Below are positions 14,213-28,000 of a stretch of DNA of 64,000 nucleotides, piece by piece. The stretch is from NCBI RefSeq assembly GCF_009914755.1, contig NC_060938.1; one strand, written 5' to 3'. Position 1 is the stretch's first letter. Each line of letters opens with the position of its first letter. Position numbers and translations under genes: made by a program. The DNA is from the human T2T-CHM13v2.0 reference genome, Homo sapiens. The notes below the pieces were generated by a model. That model saw only the letters and a list, made by a program, of their open reading frames with translations, ran no database searches and was not told the origin of the DNA.

Positions 14213-15279
14213 TATGCCTTAAGCAAATAGCACACCATAAAACAGAATAATAATCTGAAATTTCTGATTATTTTTATAGAAGACTGACCCTAATTGGTCA
14301 TTTGACAAGTTGGTATAGGCAGATAACTAGTGGATAGAGTGCCCTTCTAAAGTGAGTTCAAGGTAACAATAGTTGACTAATAAATGACAAACATTACACT
14401 GAAACAAAGAAAGTTTAAACTATTTAATACATCCCATATTTAAATCAATGTGACCTAGTTTTTTAAATTTCTTAAATCCATGAAGTGTTGTCATGTAAGT
14501 TAACCATTGTACCATCATAAAAATGGGTTGATTCTATTAATTAAATTTCTCTCCATAATGTTTATTTAGGAGTAAAAAAGAGAGAGAGCTAAGCTAATGA
14601 TATCCAGTTGTGAGAATTTTTACCTACCGGGTTGAGTTGGTCTTGTGTGAACTTGGTTGAGTCAGTCTTATAGGAACAGTCTTTAGGAAACCCAAGCTTT
14701 GACCCTCTGGTTAGTGATGAACTTGCTCTGCAATTATTTAGGTCCTTTTATCTTTCCTTTTGCATCTGCAATGGGTGACATATCCTCCACTGAGTCACTT
14801 TTGACTTTAAATTATGAAACGATGCCAAAACTCCTTGCAAAAATAAAGGGTTCTGTATGTGATTCATAACCAAAACAATAATGTTAACCTCTACACAGTC
14901 TCCTAAAAATAATTATGCTTCATAAACTCCAAATCAGTACAGCTGGCTTGAGTTTCATTTTTAACCCACATTAACTTAGAAGCATTTGATCAAGTAAATT
15001 CAGCTTAAAAGCAATAGACAAGCTAGAGAATAGATGGAGGGTCTGGTTAAGAAAAGAGATCAAGATGGAAAAGTCAGAATGATTTTGGTAATTTTTGTAC
15101 ATAAACACAGGTCTACCCTCAAAGCAGGGAAGTAATTCCTTGCTAAGCAATTCCCAAAGAGAGGCCTGATAAAGCCAGAATGAGTTAATATCCTTAGAAA
15201 GAACAATGCTGAAAAATACCAACCAATTGAGAAAATTATCTGTAACAGAAACTAGCTAAGCTGTGCTCATGTATTTTCT

Positions 15280-15425
15280 CAATTAGTTCATATAAAAATT
15301 TTAGGAGTTAGGTATTATTAAATTTCGTATTTTACAGAAAAGCAAACTGAAGTTGAGGGAGGTTAAGTAGCTCTTCCAGAATCACCTATTAGTTAGTGGT
15401 AAAATAGATATTTACACCAAGCTTG
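15280..15425 (-). mobile_element. MIR SINE
   Basis: attttacagaaaagcaaactgaagttgagggaggttaagta. Confidence 0.75.
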
Positions 15426-17019
15426 ACTTGTTACTGGAAACAACTACAATGCATAACAAGAAACACCGTATTTTCTATTTACAAGGTATCATATAATTAA
15501 AAGTAAGAGTTTTTCTCACACTTGAAGATGAGCAGTCATTTAAAACCTTATTGTTAAAGCATTAAGGGTTTAAACTTTATAGATTAAAGTGTTTTTTTAT
15601 TTTTTATTTTTTGGTTGTCCCACTAACCAATCTCAACTGTGAAAAGGAGCAATGACAATCAAGGCAGAGAATACTTTCTCAAAAAGCCTTCTAATTATAT
15701 CAGCATATGACTGAAGATTGCAATAGGATTCCAAGAAAACCCAAAGTGTTCAGAAGGTACTGACTCCATGAGTCAAAACCTCCAACTGTCAGTGATACAA
15801 CCCCAGTGTAATTAGCATACCCAATGAAAAAGAAGGGGCCAGCTTATTAGACGGCGTAACTGCTAAGTCTGAGGTTAGATAAAACTTCAGGCACACTGGA
15901 ACCAAGAACAGAAATGATCATAAAAGCTTTCACTTTCTTTCTAATTACATCCATCCCCTCATCTTTCACCTTGACTTCTGCATGTTCAGGTCTCTTTTAT
16001 GGACCAATTTCAGGGAAGGATTATGATTGACTTGTTTACATCACATCTCAATCTTTAAACCAATCAGTGCCACCAAGTGGTAAGGACTGGGAAGGTACAT
16101 GCCCATAAAAACCTGTTCCCCATTCTAATGTTAATTTGGGACAAACGGACACTGGGAAGACAGATGTGGCAGATATTCATTGCAGAGGCTGCTGTTTTCC
16201 TGTGCAACATATATAATACCTCATTTGCCTTCACGAAACTTCCAATGAGATACGAATATTATATTTAGAACAGTTGAGGTTCAGAGATCTTAACCATGTG
16301 GTTCATCATAACACACCTAGTGTCATCTTCAACACATGTACATGTTCTTAGCCATGATATTATAATGCCTCTAGGAAAGAAAGATATTGCTTGCCTATCA
16401 AGGGAGCACAATGTTTTTCCTCCATGCCAAAGCTATAAAGATTCAACGATCCATGCTAGATACCTAGAAAATGGAAAAATTCTTCGTTTGCTTTAAATGT
16501 AACCCGGGAGTTTTAAAACTTTCAGTATAGGCAGACCTATCTGAAAGAAAATGGAATCTGGCTCTGCCTAAATTTTCAGAAACTATAATGGAAACTCTCT
16601 GCTATTTTATTATCACAAAGTGAAAGCTTATAATGCTCAGCATTCTAATTTCTACTTCTCTTACTAACCTGATTGAGAATGATTGAATTAGACATACTGG
16701 CATGCAAGCTTTTAAAATAAGAAACTTATTTATAAGAAGACAGAGGTTAAAATGAGGAATATAGTATAGGCTTCTTCAACATTTCCTTACTGCTCTTGGA
16801 CACAGAGATGAAGATTTTACCCTGATGTAGGTTTACAAGTATACGGAACTCTCTGAAACAGAAATAGTTGAATGTAATGGAATGTGTCCCTTGGCTATAA
16901 GTGGATGTCCAGTTATTTATCTCAGGAAACTAGAGAACTAAAGGGACAAGGTTCTGTCCCTTCAAAAGATCGTATTTTAATAACCCAGTCTCTTTGATTG
17001 AGAGCAGTATTGGGCTGTG

Positions 17020-17759
17020 TTTGTTTGTTTGTTTGTTTCATTCTTCTTTCTTTTTTTGTAATATACTTTAAGTTCTGGGATACATGTGGAGAATGTGCAG
17101 GTTTGTTACATAGGTATACATGTTCCATGGTGGTTTGCTGAACCCATCAACCCATCATCTACATTAGGTATTTCTCCCAATGCTATCCCCCACCAATCCC
17201 CCATCCCCTGACAGGCCCTGGTGTGTGATGTTCCCCTCCCTGTGTCCATATGTTCTCATTGTTCAACTCCCACTTATGAGTGAGAACATGCAGTGTTTTT
17301 CTGTTTCTGTATTAGTTTGCTGAGAATGATGATTTCCAGCTTCATCCATGTCCCTGCAAAGGACATGAACTCATCCTTTTTTATGGCTGCATAGTATTCC
17401 GTGGTTTATATATGCCACATTTTCTTTATCCAGTCTATCATTGATGGGCGTTTGGGTTGGTTCCAAGTCTTTGCTATTGTGAATAGTGCTGCAATAAACA
17501 TAGTGTGCATGTGTCTCTTTTTTTTGTAGAATGATTTGTAATCCTTTGGGTATATACCCAGTAATGAGATTGGTGGGTCAAATAGTATTTCTGGTTCTAG
17601 ATACTTGGGGATCGTCACATTGTCTTCCACAACAGTTGAACTAATTTACACTCCCACCAACAGTGTAATAGTGTTCCTATTTCTCAACATCCTCTCCAGG
17701 ATCTGTTGTTTCCTGACTTTTTAATAATCGCCCTTCTAACTGATGTGAGATGCTATCTC
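17020..17759 (-). mobile_element. 5'-truncated LINE-1 3' end, L1PA7/8-like
   Basis: atactttaagttctgggatacatgtg, acattaggtatttctcc, ctcccacttatgagtgagaacatg; ORF 17406-17630 resembles the ORF2 C-terminus (FIAALFTIAKTWNQP..WIKKMWHI). Confidence 0.95.
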
Positions 17760-19814
17760 TTTAATGCTTACTTCTTGACATGGAAGACAGAAGTATTATT
17801 AGTCAGTTTCTAAATCTCCTAATGTTTCTGCTCTTTAAATGATCTCATTTTAAATGTTTTTGTTACGTTTCAAGTTTTCTTTAAAAAATTGTTATGCTGT
17901 AATATCCATCTTCCTTGGCTGATATGTAAAGATTGGATATAATGATTACTGTAAGATATTGTAGGACATGTATTAGTCTAGTTGCACTAACACTTACCAA
18001 GAAAAGCTTATATATGTTAGGTTATGAGTTTGCATAATCCAAAAGCAATAGTGCAGTAAATAAAAAAATACCATTGTGAAGTTTTACCAGGGGTTTATGC
18101 TACAGATAATGGCCTACATTTTAAAGATAATTTTATCTCAACTTGGTAGATTCATCCCAATGAACATTTATTAAACACTGAGTAAAAGCTAAGTAGTTTA
18201 TTTTTTTTTTAACCTGCGCATCACTGATGAAAGATACAAGGAATTTCCCAACTGCGAGAGAGGCCACATGCATTTCATGCCAACTATCGCCTGTGGAGCG
18301 GTGAAGAACTGTTACATTCTTAACAGTGTATTTAGACCCTGAAATATCCGAGGGCATCCCTAAATTCCTGAAATTTTAGCATGAGATATTTTAAAGCACC
18401 ACAGCGTCTTAATTTTGCAAAAGTATTCTTTTCTAGAGATATTTAGAGTACTAAGAGTTTAGGAGGGCACTTCAAAGGATATGGTGAGTATCTGTTAGTT
18501 TTGGCTTCCAACATTCCTGAGCGTTATAGACTCTTAATGTATTGCAGTGAGCACCTGCTGTTACTTCTATAGATGAGACCAAAGACCATTAGCTGGGCAA
18601 TTAAGGTAGTAAGTAATCCCTTTTGCTGGTCCCCAGATACTAAAGGGATGCCTTCTAGTTCTTTATCCCCTGCATAGTTAATCTCAGAGTTCAAAAGATT
18701 TTTGAAAAAAAAAATTACATTGCCTACATAAGGATTATGTAAGAATTAGATAAATACTAACTTTCTCAGCTCCACTTTTAACCAAAATCTTAATATGAGC
18801 TCTTGGTATTCATCCTTGAAGGATTCCTTATACTCAAATAAATTGTTGATTTTTGACAAGCACAATGACACAGAAAGCTAACATACAGTAACTTTATGCC
18901 AACAATTATATTAAATTTCCAAATTTAAGGACACATGTCAAACAAGAAAGTGTTTGCTTAAGAGGTCAAAATTAGTTTCTTCTTGAAACCAATTTTGGAA
19001 TATTACTTAGATAACATAAAATGTACTTGAAGAAATTTCTTCTGATTTTTCATTTAAGATGTTATTTTTTAAGAGTACATCTTTTCATTTTATTATTTCT
19101 GATTTTTGTTTTTAAATCTGCAAGATCAAGGTGTGATTAACATATTGAGGTAAGTAGAGTATGAGTTGATCCTCAGTTGAGAAAAAAATGAAGATTTGTT
19201 TAAGGAAATTCAATATTTATTATAATTATATGATGAGTTAGCTTGCAAACCATCTTATAAAAACCAAAGTGATTATCTATCTATCTATCATCTACTTATC
19301 TCATCTACCTATCTATATCATATCTGTATCTTAGGCACCTCTAAGTTTATCCCAATTCCCATTTGCCAATTTGAAATTCTGTTGATGTCTTTTCCAAGGA
19401 AATGGTACAGATACTGAGATGGGAAGTTAAGAAAAAAACAGTAGAAATTACCTGAGGCATTGTTAAGAATATAAAGCCTCCTGTTAAAAATCTTGCCTGG
19501 AGACAATTCAAGTCTTAGTCACCATGCTTAAATAACTATGTAATTGCTGTCAAAGAAGTTTTACCTCCTTCAACCCAAATAGTGTCAGGTTTCAAGCCAT
19601 ATTATGGAAAAGAGATGGAGAAAAGTCAGTTTATTCTCATTGGATAAGAAAAGAGTCCACAATGATCTAACTGAGATTTATCAAGTTACATCTGACTTGA
19701 TGAACGTTTGAGCAAGTCTCTCTTACATAAATAATAGATCCACATGAAAAAGAATGTATCTTGAAATTAGGGCTTTGGGAGCCAAAAGTCAGTTTTTTTA
19801 AAAAAAGAAATTAT

Positions 19815-20220
<406 letters not shown>

Positions 20221-20599
20221 TTAAGGAAGACTCGCTACTGAAATCTGTAGCAGTGTGGGGGATGACTGTCTTAGTTGTCATGGGAGATTAGGACTGGCAT
20301 GCATCTGTCAGCATCACCTACCTAAAAGTACAGTTACTTTTATTAGGCAGAGTCTATCAGATTACTGTGAATTTTCTGACCCCAAAACTCCAAATGGTCT
20401 TTTGTGTCCAGAACATGCTTACTAATATATAATTTACAAGTCAGTGAATAAATGTAGCTTTATATTTATTAGTAGACTATATTTAGCATTCAAATTTGAG
20501 TGCAATTTCTAATAATAATGCATTAAGAAGCATTATTCTATTCTAATAGAAATATTACAATAGCAGTGTAGTTGATAGGATTCACAGAGATTTCTCCTA

Positions 20600-20730
20600 T
20601 ATTGATTCTTTTGAACTGGCTACAACCCTGTAAAATAGTCAGGGTTGGTATTTTTTATTCCATTACACCAAGAAAGAAATCTGAGCTTTTAGGTCTTAAC
20701 TGGCTGCCTCAGTTTACATAGCTAGCTAAA
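20600..20730 (-). mobile_element. MIR fragment
   Basis: caaccctgtaa..ggtatt..attccatt..aagaaatctgag. Confidence 0.5.
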
Positions 20731-21169
20731 GGCTAATAAGAAGCTTTGTAATGGAAAGGAGGTAGACCAGTGCATGCTGGTAAATAATGTGTAAGTAGTG
20801 GTTTTAGTGCTAGAAATCTATGGTAAAACCAACCTTCATAGCAATTGATGAAAGAAACTCAGTTTTAATACACAGAGAACACAAGCAATTTTATGGTTTT
20901 ATCTCCATTAGCTCAGCCCCTTATTCATTTATTGGCAGTAGTATAGTAAGTAAATGGGAAACTATTATCCAGTCCCAAACATATAATATTTCCAATAACT
21001 TAATTATACCTTTGGGCTTTTCTTCTATCTCACCGCGGTATGTTCTCATCTTCCTTTCCAGTTATCACTCTGTTGAAGTTTGTGTTTATTATATGTATAC
21101 AATATATATGACATATACACACATGGATATATCGTATATATGTATATATACATGTACATATAATATGCT

Positions 21170-22035
21170 TGTGGGGAAAATAAAGATCAGACTGTTATTG
21201 TGTCTATGTAGAAAGAAGTAGACATAAGAGACTCCATTTTGTTCTGTACTAAGAAAAATTCCTCTGCCTCGAGATGCTGTTAATCTGTAACCCTACCCGC
21301 AACCCTGTGCTTGCAGAGACATGTGCTGTGTTGACTCAAGGCTTAATGGATTTAGGGCTATGCAGGATGTGCTTTGTTAAACAAGTGCTTGAAGGCAGTA
21401 TGCTTGTTAAAAGTCATCACCACTCTCTAATCTCAAGTACCCAGGGACACCATACACTGCGGAAGGCCGCAGGGACCTCTCCCTAGGAAAGCCAGGTATT
21501 GTCCAAGGTTTCTCCCCATGTGATAGTCTGAAATATGGCCTCCTGGGAAGGGAAAGACCTGACCATCCCCCAGCCGGACACCCGTAAAGGGTCTGTGCTG
21601 AGGAGGATTAGTAAAAGAGGAAGGCCTCTTTGCAGTTGAGATAAGAGTAAGGCATCTGTTTCCCTGGGCAATGGAATGTCTCCGTGTAAAACCTGATTGT
21701 ATGTTCCATCTACTGAGATAGGAGAAAACCACCTTAAGGCTGTAGGTGAGACATGCTGGCAGCAATACTGCTCTTTAATGCACCGAGATGTTTATGTATG
21801 TGCACATCAAAGCACAGCACCTCTTTCTTAACCTTGTTTATGACACAGAGACATTTGTTCACATGTTTTCCTGCTGACCATCTCCCCACTATTACCGTAT
21901 TGTCCTGCCACATCCCCCTCTCCGAGATGGTAGAGATAATGATCAATAAATACTGAGGGAACTCAGAGACCCGTGCCAGCGCGAGTCCTCCGTATGCCGA
22001 GCGCCGGGCATGTGGAGGGATAGGCCACCCCTTCA
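21170..22035 (+). mobile_element. HERV-K (HML-2) solo LTR, LTR5A-like, with R/U5 deletion
   Basis: Starts TGTGGGGAAAA..AGATCAGA, has agactccattttgttctgtactaagaaaaatt and ctgcggaaggccgcagggacctct, AATAAA at 21945-21950, ends CCACCCCTTCA; TSD ATGCT both sides; 866 bp. Confidence 0.95.
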
Positions 22036-22101
22036 ATGCTTATATATACAGATATATTACTCTACTATCCATTTTACAATACATATGAATGCATACATAT
22101 A

Positions 22102-22752
22102 CAGTAGTGCCCTCTTACTAGGGGTTTCATTTACCCATGATCGCCTTTGAAAATAAGTGACCACAGTATAATAAGAGATATTGAGAAAGAGAGAGAGACC
22201 ACATTCACATAACTTTTATTACAGTATTTTGTTATAATTACCTTACTTTGTTATTAGTTATCATTGTGTTTTTTCTTTGTTTGTTTATTTGAGATGGAGT
22301 TTAGCTCTTGTTGCCCAGGCTGGAGTGCAGTGGCACTATCTCAGCTCACTGCAACCTCTGCCTCCTGGGTTCCCGGGTTCAAGCGATTCTCCTGCCTCAG
22401 CCTCCCCAGTAGCTGGGATTACAGGCGCCCACCACAATGCCCAGCTCATTTTTGTATTTTTAGTAGAGATGGGCTTTTGCCATGTTGACCAGGCTGCCTC
22501 GAGCTCCTGACCTCAGGTGATCCACCCGCTTCAGCCTCCCAAAGTGCTGGGATTACAGGCATGAGCCACCATGCCAGGCCAGTTATTATTGTTAATCTCT
22601 TACTATGCCTAATTTATAAATTAAATATATCATTACCATATAAGTTCATACAGGAAAAAACATAAAATATAGGGAGTTTGGTATCAACTGTGTTTTCAGG
22701 CATCCACTGGGGATCCTAGAGTGTATTCCCTTTGGATAAGGAAGGACTACTA
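22102..22752 (+). mobile_element. Tigger7-derived MITE MER44A, interrupted by an Alu
   Basis: TA + CAGTAGT TIR, gagagagagaccacattcacataacttttattacagta, caggcatccactgggg, 3' TIR ggataagg..gactact. Confidence 0.9.
22268..22580 (-). mobile_element. Alu, AluSq/Sp-like, nested in MER44A
   Basis: gagttt.gctcttgttgcccaggctggagtgcag; TSD agttat(c/t)attgt. Confidence 0.95.
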
Positions 22753-25700
22753 TATAACTAAAATGAGTAAAATGTTATTAAGATAATAAAATTTGTTTTA
22801 CTTTAATTTGTTTTTTTAATGTCAAATTGTTCTGAATTATGCTACTAGGACCTATCTTTTGTGTGTTAAGTTGCAGTTCATTTATTTTCACTGCTTTATG
22901 ATATTCCATTGTGGCCATCATTTTTTGAATCAGTTTTCCCATTGCAAGTTATTTCGTTATTTATTACCTATTATAAATAGAAGAAATACAATGAATATTC
23001 TTGGAAATGTCTTCTGGCACGTAACATAAAATTTATCTTGCATGTATACCTAGCTCTGGGTTTTGTGAGTCATAGGTTATGCGAATATCCCACTTAATAA
23101 AACAATGCTAAATTGTTTTCTGAAGTGGTTTTACTGATTTCCACTTCTACCAGCATTGTATAAAATATTACTTTGATTGACAATGGGTATTGTCAGACTT
23201 CTCGGCTTTTTCCAATCAAGTGATTGTAGAATAATTTCTCATTATGTTCCTAATTTGCATTTTTCTTGTTAGTAGTGAGATTGATAGTTACTCATATGGC
23301 TATTATATATATATATGTTCAAGTCTACTGCTGTTGAAATTTTCTCTTAATGATATATAGATGTTCTTTATATATGCTTGTTTGAAATTCTTTGTTGGTT
23401 AAATGTGGTGTACATATTTTCTCCTAGTTTTTAGGTTTCATTTACATATTTTAAAGGTGTATTTTGATAAACAGAACTTTCTGATATTAATATAGACAAA
23501 AGTATTAGTCTTTGTAGTCATGATCACGACTTCCTGTGTTCGTTTAAGAAATCCTTTCATATCTTGAGGTGAGAAAGATATTCTTCTGTTTTTTTACAAG
23601 TTTAAATTTTTTTCTTTTGGTATTTAAATGCTTAAATTCATCTGTAGCTTAGTTACATACATGGTCTTAGCTAGAGATCTAATTTTTAACTTAGGCATAG
23701 TACATATTTTATCTACATTTATTGAACAATACATTCTTTCATCAGTAATTTGCTATGCTACCTCGTTTCTATACACAATTCTCACAAGAGCCTGCTTCTG
23801 AGCTGTCTATTCTGTTCCACTGGTCACACACTCATTAAGGCAGTGTGATCTCTGTATACACATAACACTGTCTTAATTAGTTGTACTTTTTATAAATCTT
23901 TCTATAGGCCCCTCCTAAATATACTCTTTCAAAAATATATTGGACCATCTAGCCAATTCACAAGTCTATACACACTTTTGAAAACACTATTTTACTGTGA
24001 AATAGAACATACTTACAGAGATGTGCATAAAATATAAATGTGCAGCTGCATAACATATTATAATGTAAACACCAAGAAATAGAACAAAGCTTCCTTCACA
24101 GAAGTTTTCCAAATGCTTCTTTTCAATCACAATCTCTTTCTTCTTTCTGAATGTAATCAGTTTGTTACTTTTATTGATAATCACTACCCTGTCATGCTTT
24201 ATAAGTGTGCATTAGTAATGTAGTATAATTTTCCTGCTTTAGAATATTTTGTTAGCGGAAAAATATAGCATTATTTTGTATCTGGCTTCTTTTGAACAAC
24301 GTTAAGCTTTTAAGATACCTTCGTGTTGTAACATTTAGGTATAGTTCATTCATTTTTATTTCTGTATAGTATTCTACTGTATGAATGTAACCACAATTAA
24401 TTTATCTGATAGCAATTTAGGTGTTTTCAGTTTGGAGCTATTAAGAATAGCATCTCCATGAATTGTTGCAAATATGCATACATTTCTCTAGAGTAATACT
24501 GAGACTAAAATTTATGAGTCATAAAGGATGCACAAATTAAAATTTAATAGAAAATGCTGAAATGAATGAGTGAATTTGAACATATATAAGAAATATATAC
24601 AAGTTCTTATTCTTCTATGTTTTCATCCACATCTACTGAGTTTTTGTTTTGAGTGAGTTTTTGTTTTATTAATTTTTTAGCCATTCTGATGGATGGGTAG
24701 TGGTATATCACAATTTAAAATTGTGTTTATTTGCTTACTAATAATATTGAGTCCATTTCCATATGTTTTATGGCTAAACATATTTTTCCCTTGTAATTGC
24801 CCATTTTTCCTTTTTGATGTCTCTTTTTCTCTTTGAATTGTTGGATTCCCTTATATTCTACATAATCTTTTATTGGTAATATTTGTTTTACATATTTTCT
24901 CTAACTGTGTGGTTTGTCTTTTCACACTCAATGGTAGCACCCCTCTCTCTCTCTCTCCCTCTTGTTGTGTGTTTGTGTCTATATATACAAATATATATGT
25001 ATATATTTCCCAAGAATGGAAATTTTGAATATAAATATAATCAAATTTCTTGATATTTTCCTTTGTGATTGGTGCATTTTGTATACTGTTTGCAAAATCT
25101 TTTCCTACCCCGAAGCATAAAAGAATTTTTCTGCATTATATTCTAAAAGTTGCTCATGGCTTATATATTATATATTTGGTACTCTTTTATAGTTAAGTGT
25201 ATACTCCATGTGAAATTGCTATTTTGGCATATGGTGTAAGGTCGGGGCCAAGATTCTTCCCCAGCCCCTCTCCCCTACAACTCTGGATATCAAACTGTTT
25301 CCATTTGTTTATTAAAAAGACTTTCTGCCCATTACTCTGAAATTGCACCTTTCTCTCAAATTAAGTGTCAATGTGGATATGGTTCTGTTTTTTTCTTATG
25401 GCATATTTTTTGTACTATTTATACTTGGTCAACATTATACTATTTTTTATACAAACATTTTAAGTTCTCATACCATATTTTAAAGCTCCTAGAGCATATC
25501 ATCTGTTTTTAGATCTCTGCATTTCTATATCATATTTTAAATAATCTTTTCAATTTATACATACACGTACATACACACATATGTGAATGACAGGTTTTGA
25601 TTACAATTGCTTTAAAACTATGAACAATCAGAGGGAAATCTGTATCTCTACATTGTGGATTCTTTCAATCTATGAAAACGGTGTCTTTTCATTATTAGTT

Positions 25701-27201
25701 ATTCCCAGGATGTTTTATAGTCATCTGTGTAGTGGTATTTAAATCTCTCTATAAAGACTGAATTTCATATATAGAAATCTTATATACATTTATTCTTAGA
25801 TATTTGTTACTTGAGATGCTATTGTAAAAGATATCATTCAGATTTCATTTTTGGTGTGTGTCAAGCATTTATAAATAAAATATATTGTTTGGTATAATGA
25901 ATTTGTACTTAAAGAAACAATAAACTCTGTCTTGATTTCCATATGGATTTTATTAAATCTTCAGAACAAAGTGATGGGAACAGATATCTTTATGACGTCA
26001 ATTCTTTCTTTCCATGAAAATGAGCTATCTCCATTTATTTCTGTCGTTGAGCTGACTTTTGATGCAATTTTATAATTTCTGCATTTCTTTAACAGTTTCG
26101 TTACAGATATTTAACCAAAAACTTTATACTTTTGTAAATGTTAAAACTGATCTATTTTTACAAAGTGTTTTCTTTAACTTTTTGGCTGTCGTGTAAATAT
26201 GTAATTGACTCTCGTATATTAGGCTTTTATCCATGCAGATGTAAAGATGTTTAAATATTAAAATATCTTTGTGTTACTAAGATAAGTCAAATCTTATATT
26301 TATGCTCTGTTGAGTTTGGGCTTCTTATATTTTTAGTTTTTTTTTCACAAACTAAAATGTGAGGAAATGGTAATTTAAACTTTCTATTCTTCTGCTATAC
26401 CTCACAAATTTTTGGTATAAAAATATGCTAAATATAATACTCAAATGAAATGAGCTAGAAAACATTCTGTGTTTTTCTCTTCTCTGAAAGAATTTTTATG
26501 TTTAACACATTCTACTATTTAAGCAAACTCACTTATTAATCTGTCTAAGCTGAATAGGATAATTTTTAAATGACCCCTCTAATCACTAAACTATTTGTAA
26601 CTTATCTTTTTTCTTGAGTTTGCTTTAGTAAGATAAGCTTTTACTTTTTTTGGAAGTAAATTTGACAAGATTCTTTCTTGCCTTTAAAAGAATCTGTAGT
26701 ACCTGCTATGATAGCCCTTTTTTATTCATAGTGCTGGGATTTTTGTCTACTCTTTCTTTTTAGTTGAAAGGACATCTATTTTGCCAGAGGTTATCTCTTT
26801 TACTAGGTATTTAACAGAGCCAACTTATGTGATTGTGGATTCTTTTTGTCTCTGTATTGATTTTGGCTTTCATTTTTATTTTCACCTTTGTACTCCAGTT
26901 ATTCTGCTGTTCTTAACTTCTCAAACTGGACAATTGATTCATTTATTTTTCACCCTCCTTATTTTCCAATATATACATTTAAGACTAGAAATTGCCCTCA
27001 GATTATTCCTTTGTCTGTGTTCCTCAATTTTGATATATAATGTTATCCTATCATTCATTCCTGCATATTTAAAAAATTTATTGATTTCTTCTTGGAGCCA
27101 TAAAACATATAAGTTTTATTTCCAACTTCCAAGTATATATGTTTTATACTTTTGTTTAAATTATCTACAATATGTTTAGAGAAAATTTTCTGTATGATGT
27201 T

Positions 27202-27517
27202 GGCTGGGTGCAGTGGCTCACACCTGTAATCCCAGCACTTTGGGAGGCTGAGGCAGGCAGATCACTTGAGGTCAGGAGTTCAAGACCAGCCTGGCCAACA
27301 TGGTGAAACCCCATCTCTACTAAAAATACAAAAATTAGCCAGGCGCGGTGGCAGGCACTGTAATCCCAGCTACTTGGGAGGCTGAGACAGGAGAAATGCT
27401 TGAACCCAAGAGATAGAGGTTGCAGTGAGCCGAGATCGCGTGCCACTGCACTCCAGCCTGGGCGACAGAGCAAGACATCATCTCAAAGAAAAAAGAAAAA
27501 GAAAAAAAGAAAAAAAA
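27202..27517 (+). mobile_element. Alu, AluSx/Sz-like
   Basis: gatcacttgaggtcaggagttcaagaccagcctggccaacatgg; TSD ttct(g/a)tatgatgtt. Confidence 0.95.
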
Positions 27518-27581
27518 TTCTATATGATGTTAATTCTTTAAAAGTTGATAAGAATCAGTTTGTATCCTAACACCACATGCT

Positions 27582-28000
27582 TGTATCAGTCATCTTTTAC
27601 TATAAAAACAAATATCCAATTTTTCATGGTTTGCAACAACAAAACTTTTATTTAACTCACGGTAGAAAGGCTGAGCATCAGCTCCAGTTGTGTTCAACTC
27701 AGCTGCGCTCAGGTGAGATCCCCATTTTTTCCCATTCACCCTATGGTGAAGGATCAGCATCTATCTGGGACATGCTGTCCTCATGATAAACAGCTGAAAC
27801 TCCTAAGGCCAAACTAAACCACATAAGCGAATTATAGTTATTTATTGGTGCCTGGATTGTTCACATTCTCTTGGACAAAGCAAGTCATTTGACCAAGTGT
27901 GACATTGGGGCAGGGGCATATAATCAATGTACCTGGAGGCATGACACAAATGGGAATAATAATACTTTTAAAGATGAGGACAATAGTAAAATCTACCATA
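27582..28000 (-). mobile_element. Old MaLR LTR (MLT1I/J-like)
   Basis: tgtatcagt start, tctgggacatgctgtcctcatga, cacattctcttggacaaagcaagtcatttgaccaag, end aatctacca. Confidence 0.7.

Noticed and set aside
20767-20940. Possible second MER63-type fragment
   Set aside because: Only the ccagtgcatgctggtaaat terminus is suggestive; too diverged to call
21274-22036. Cluster of 60-110 aa ORFs
   Set aside because: All fall inside the LTR5 solo LTR; no gag/pol/env sequence is present
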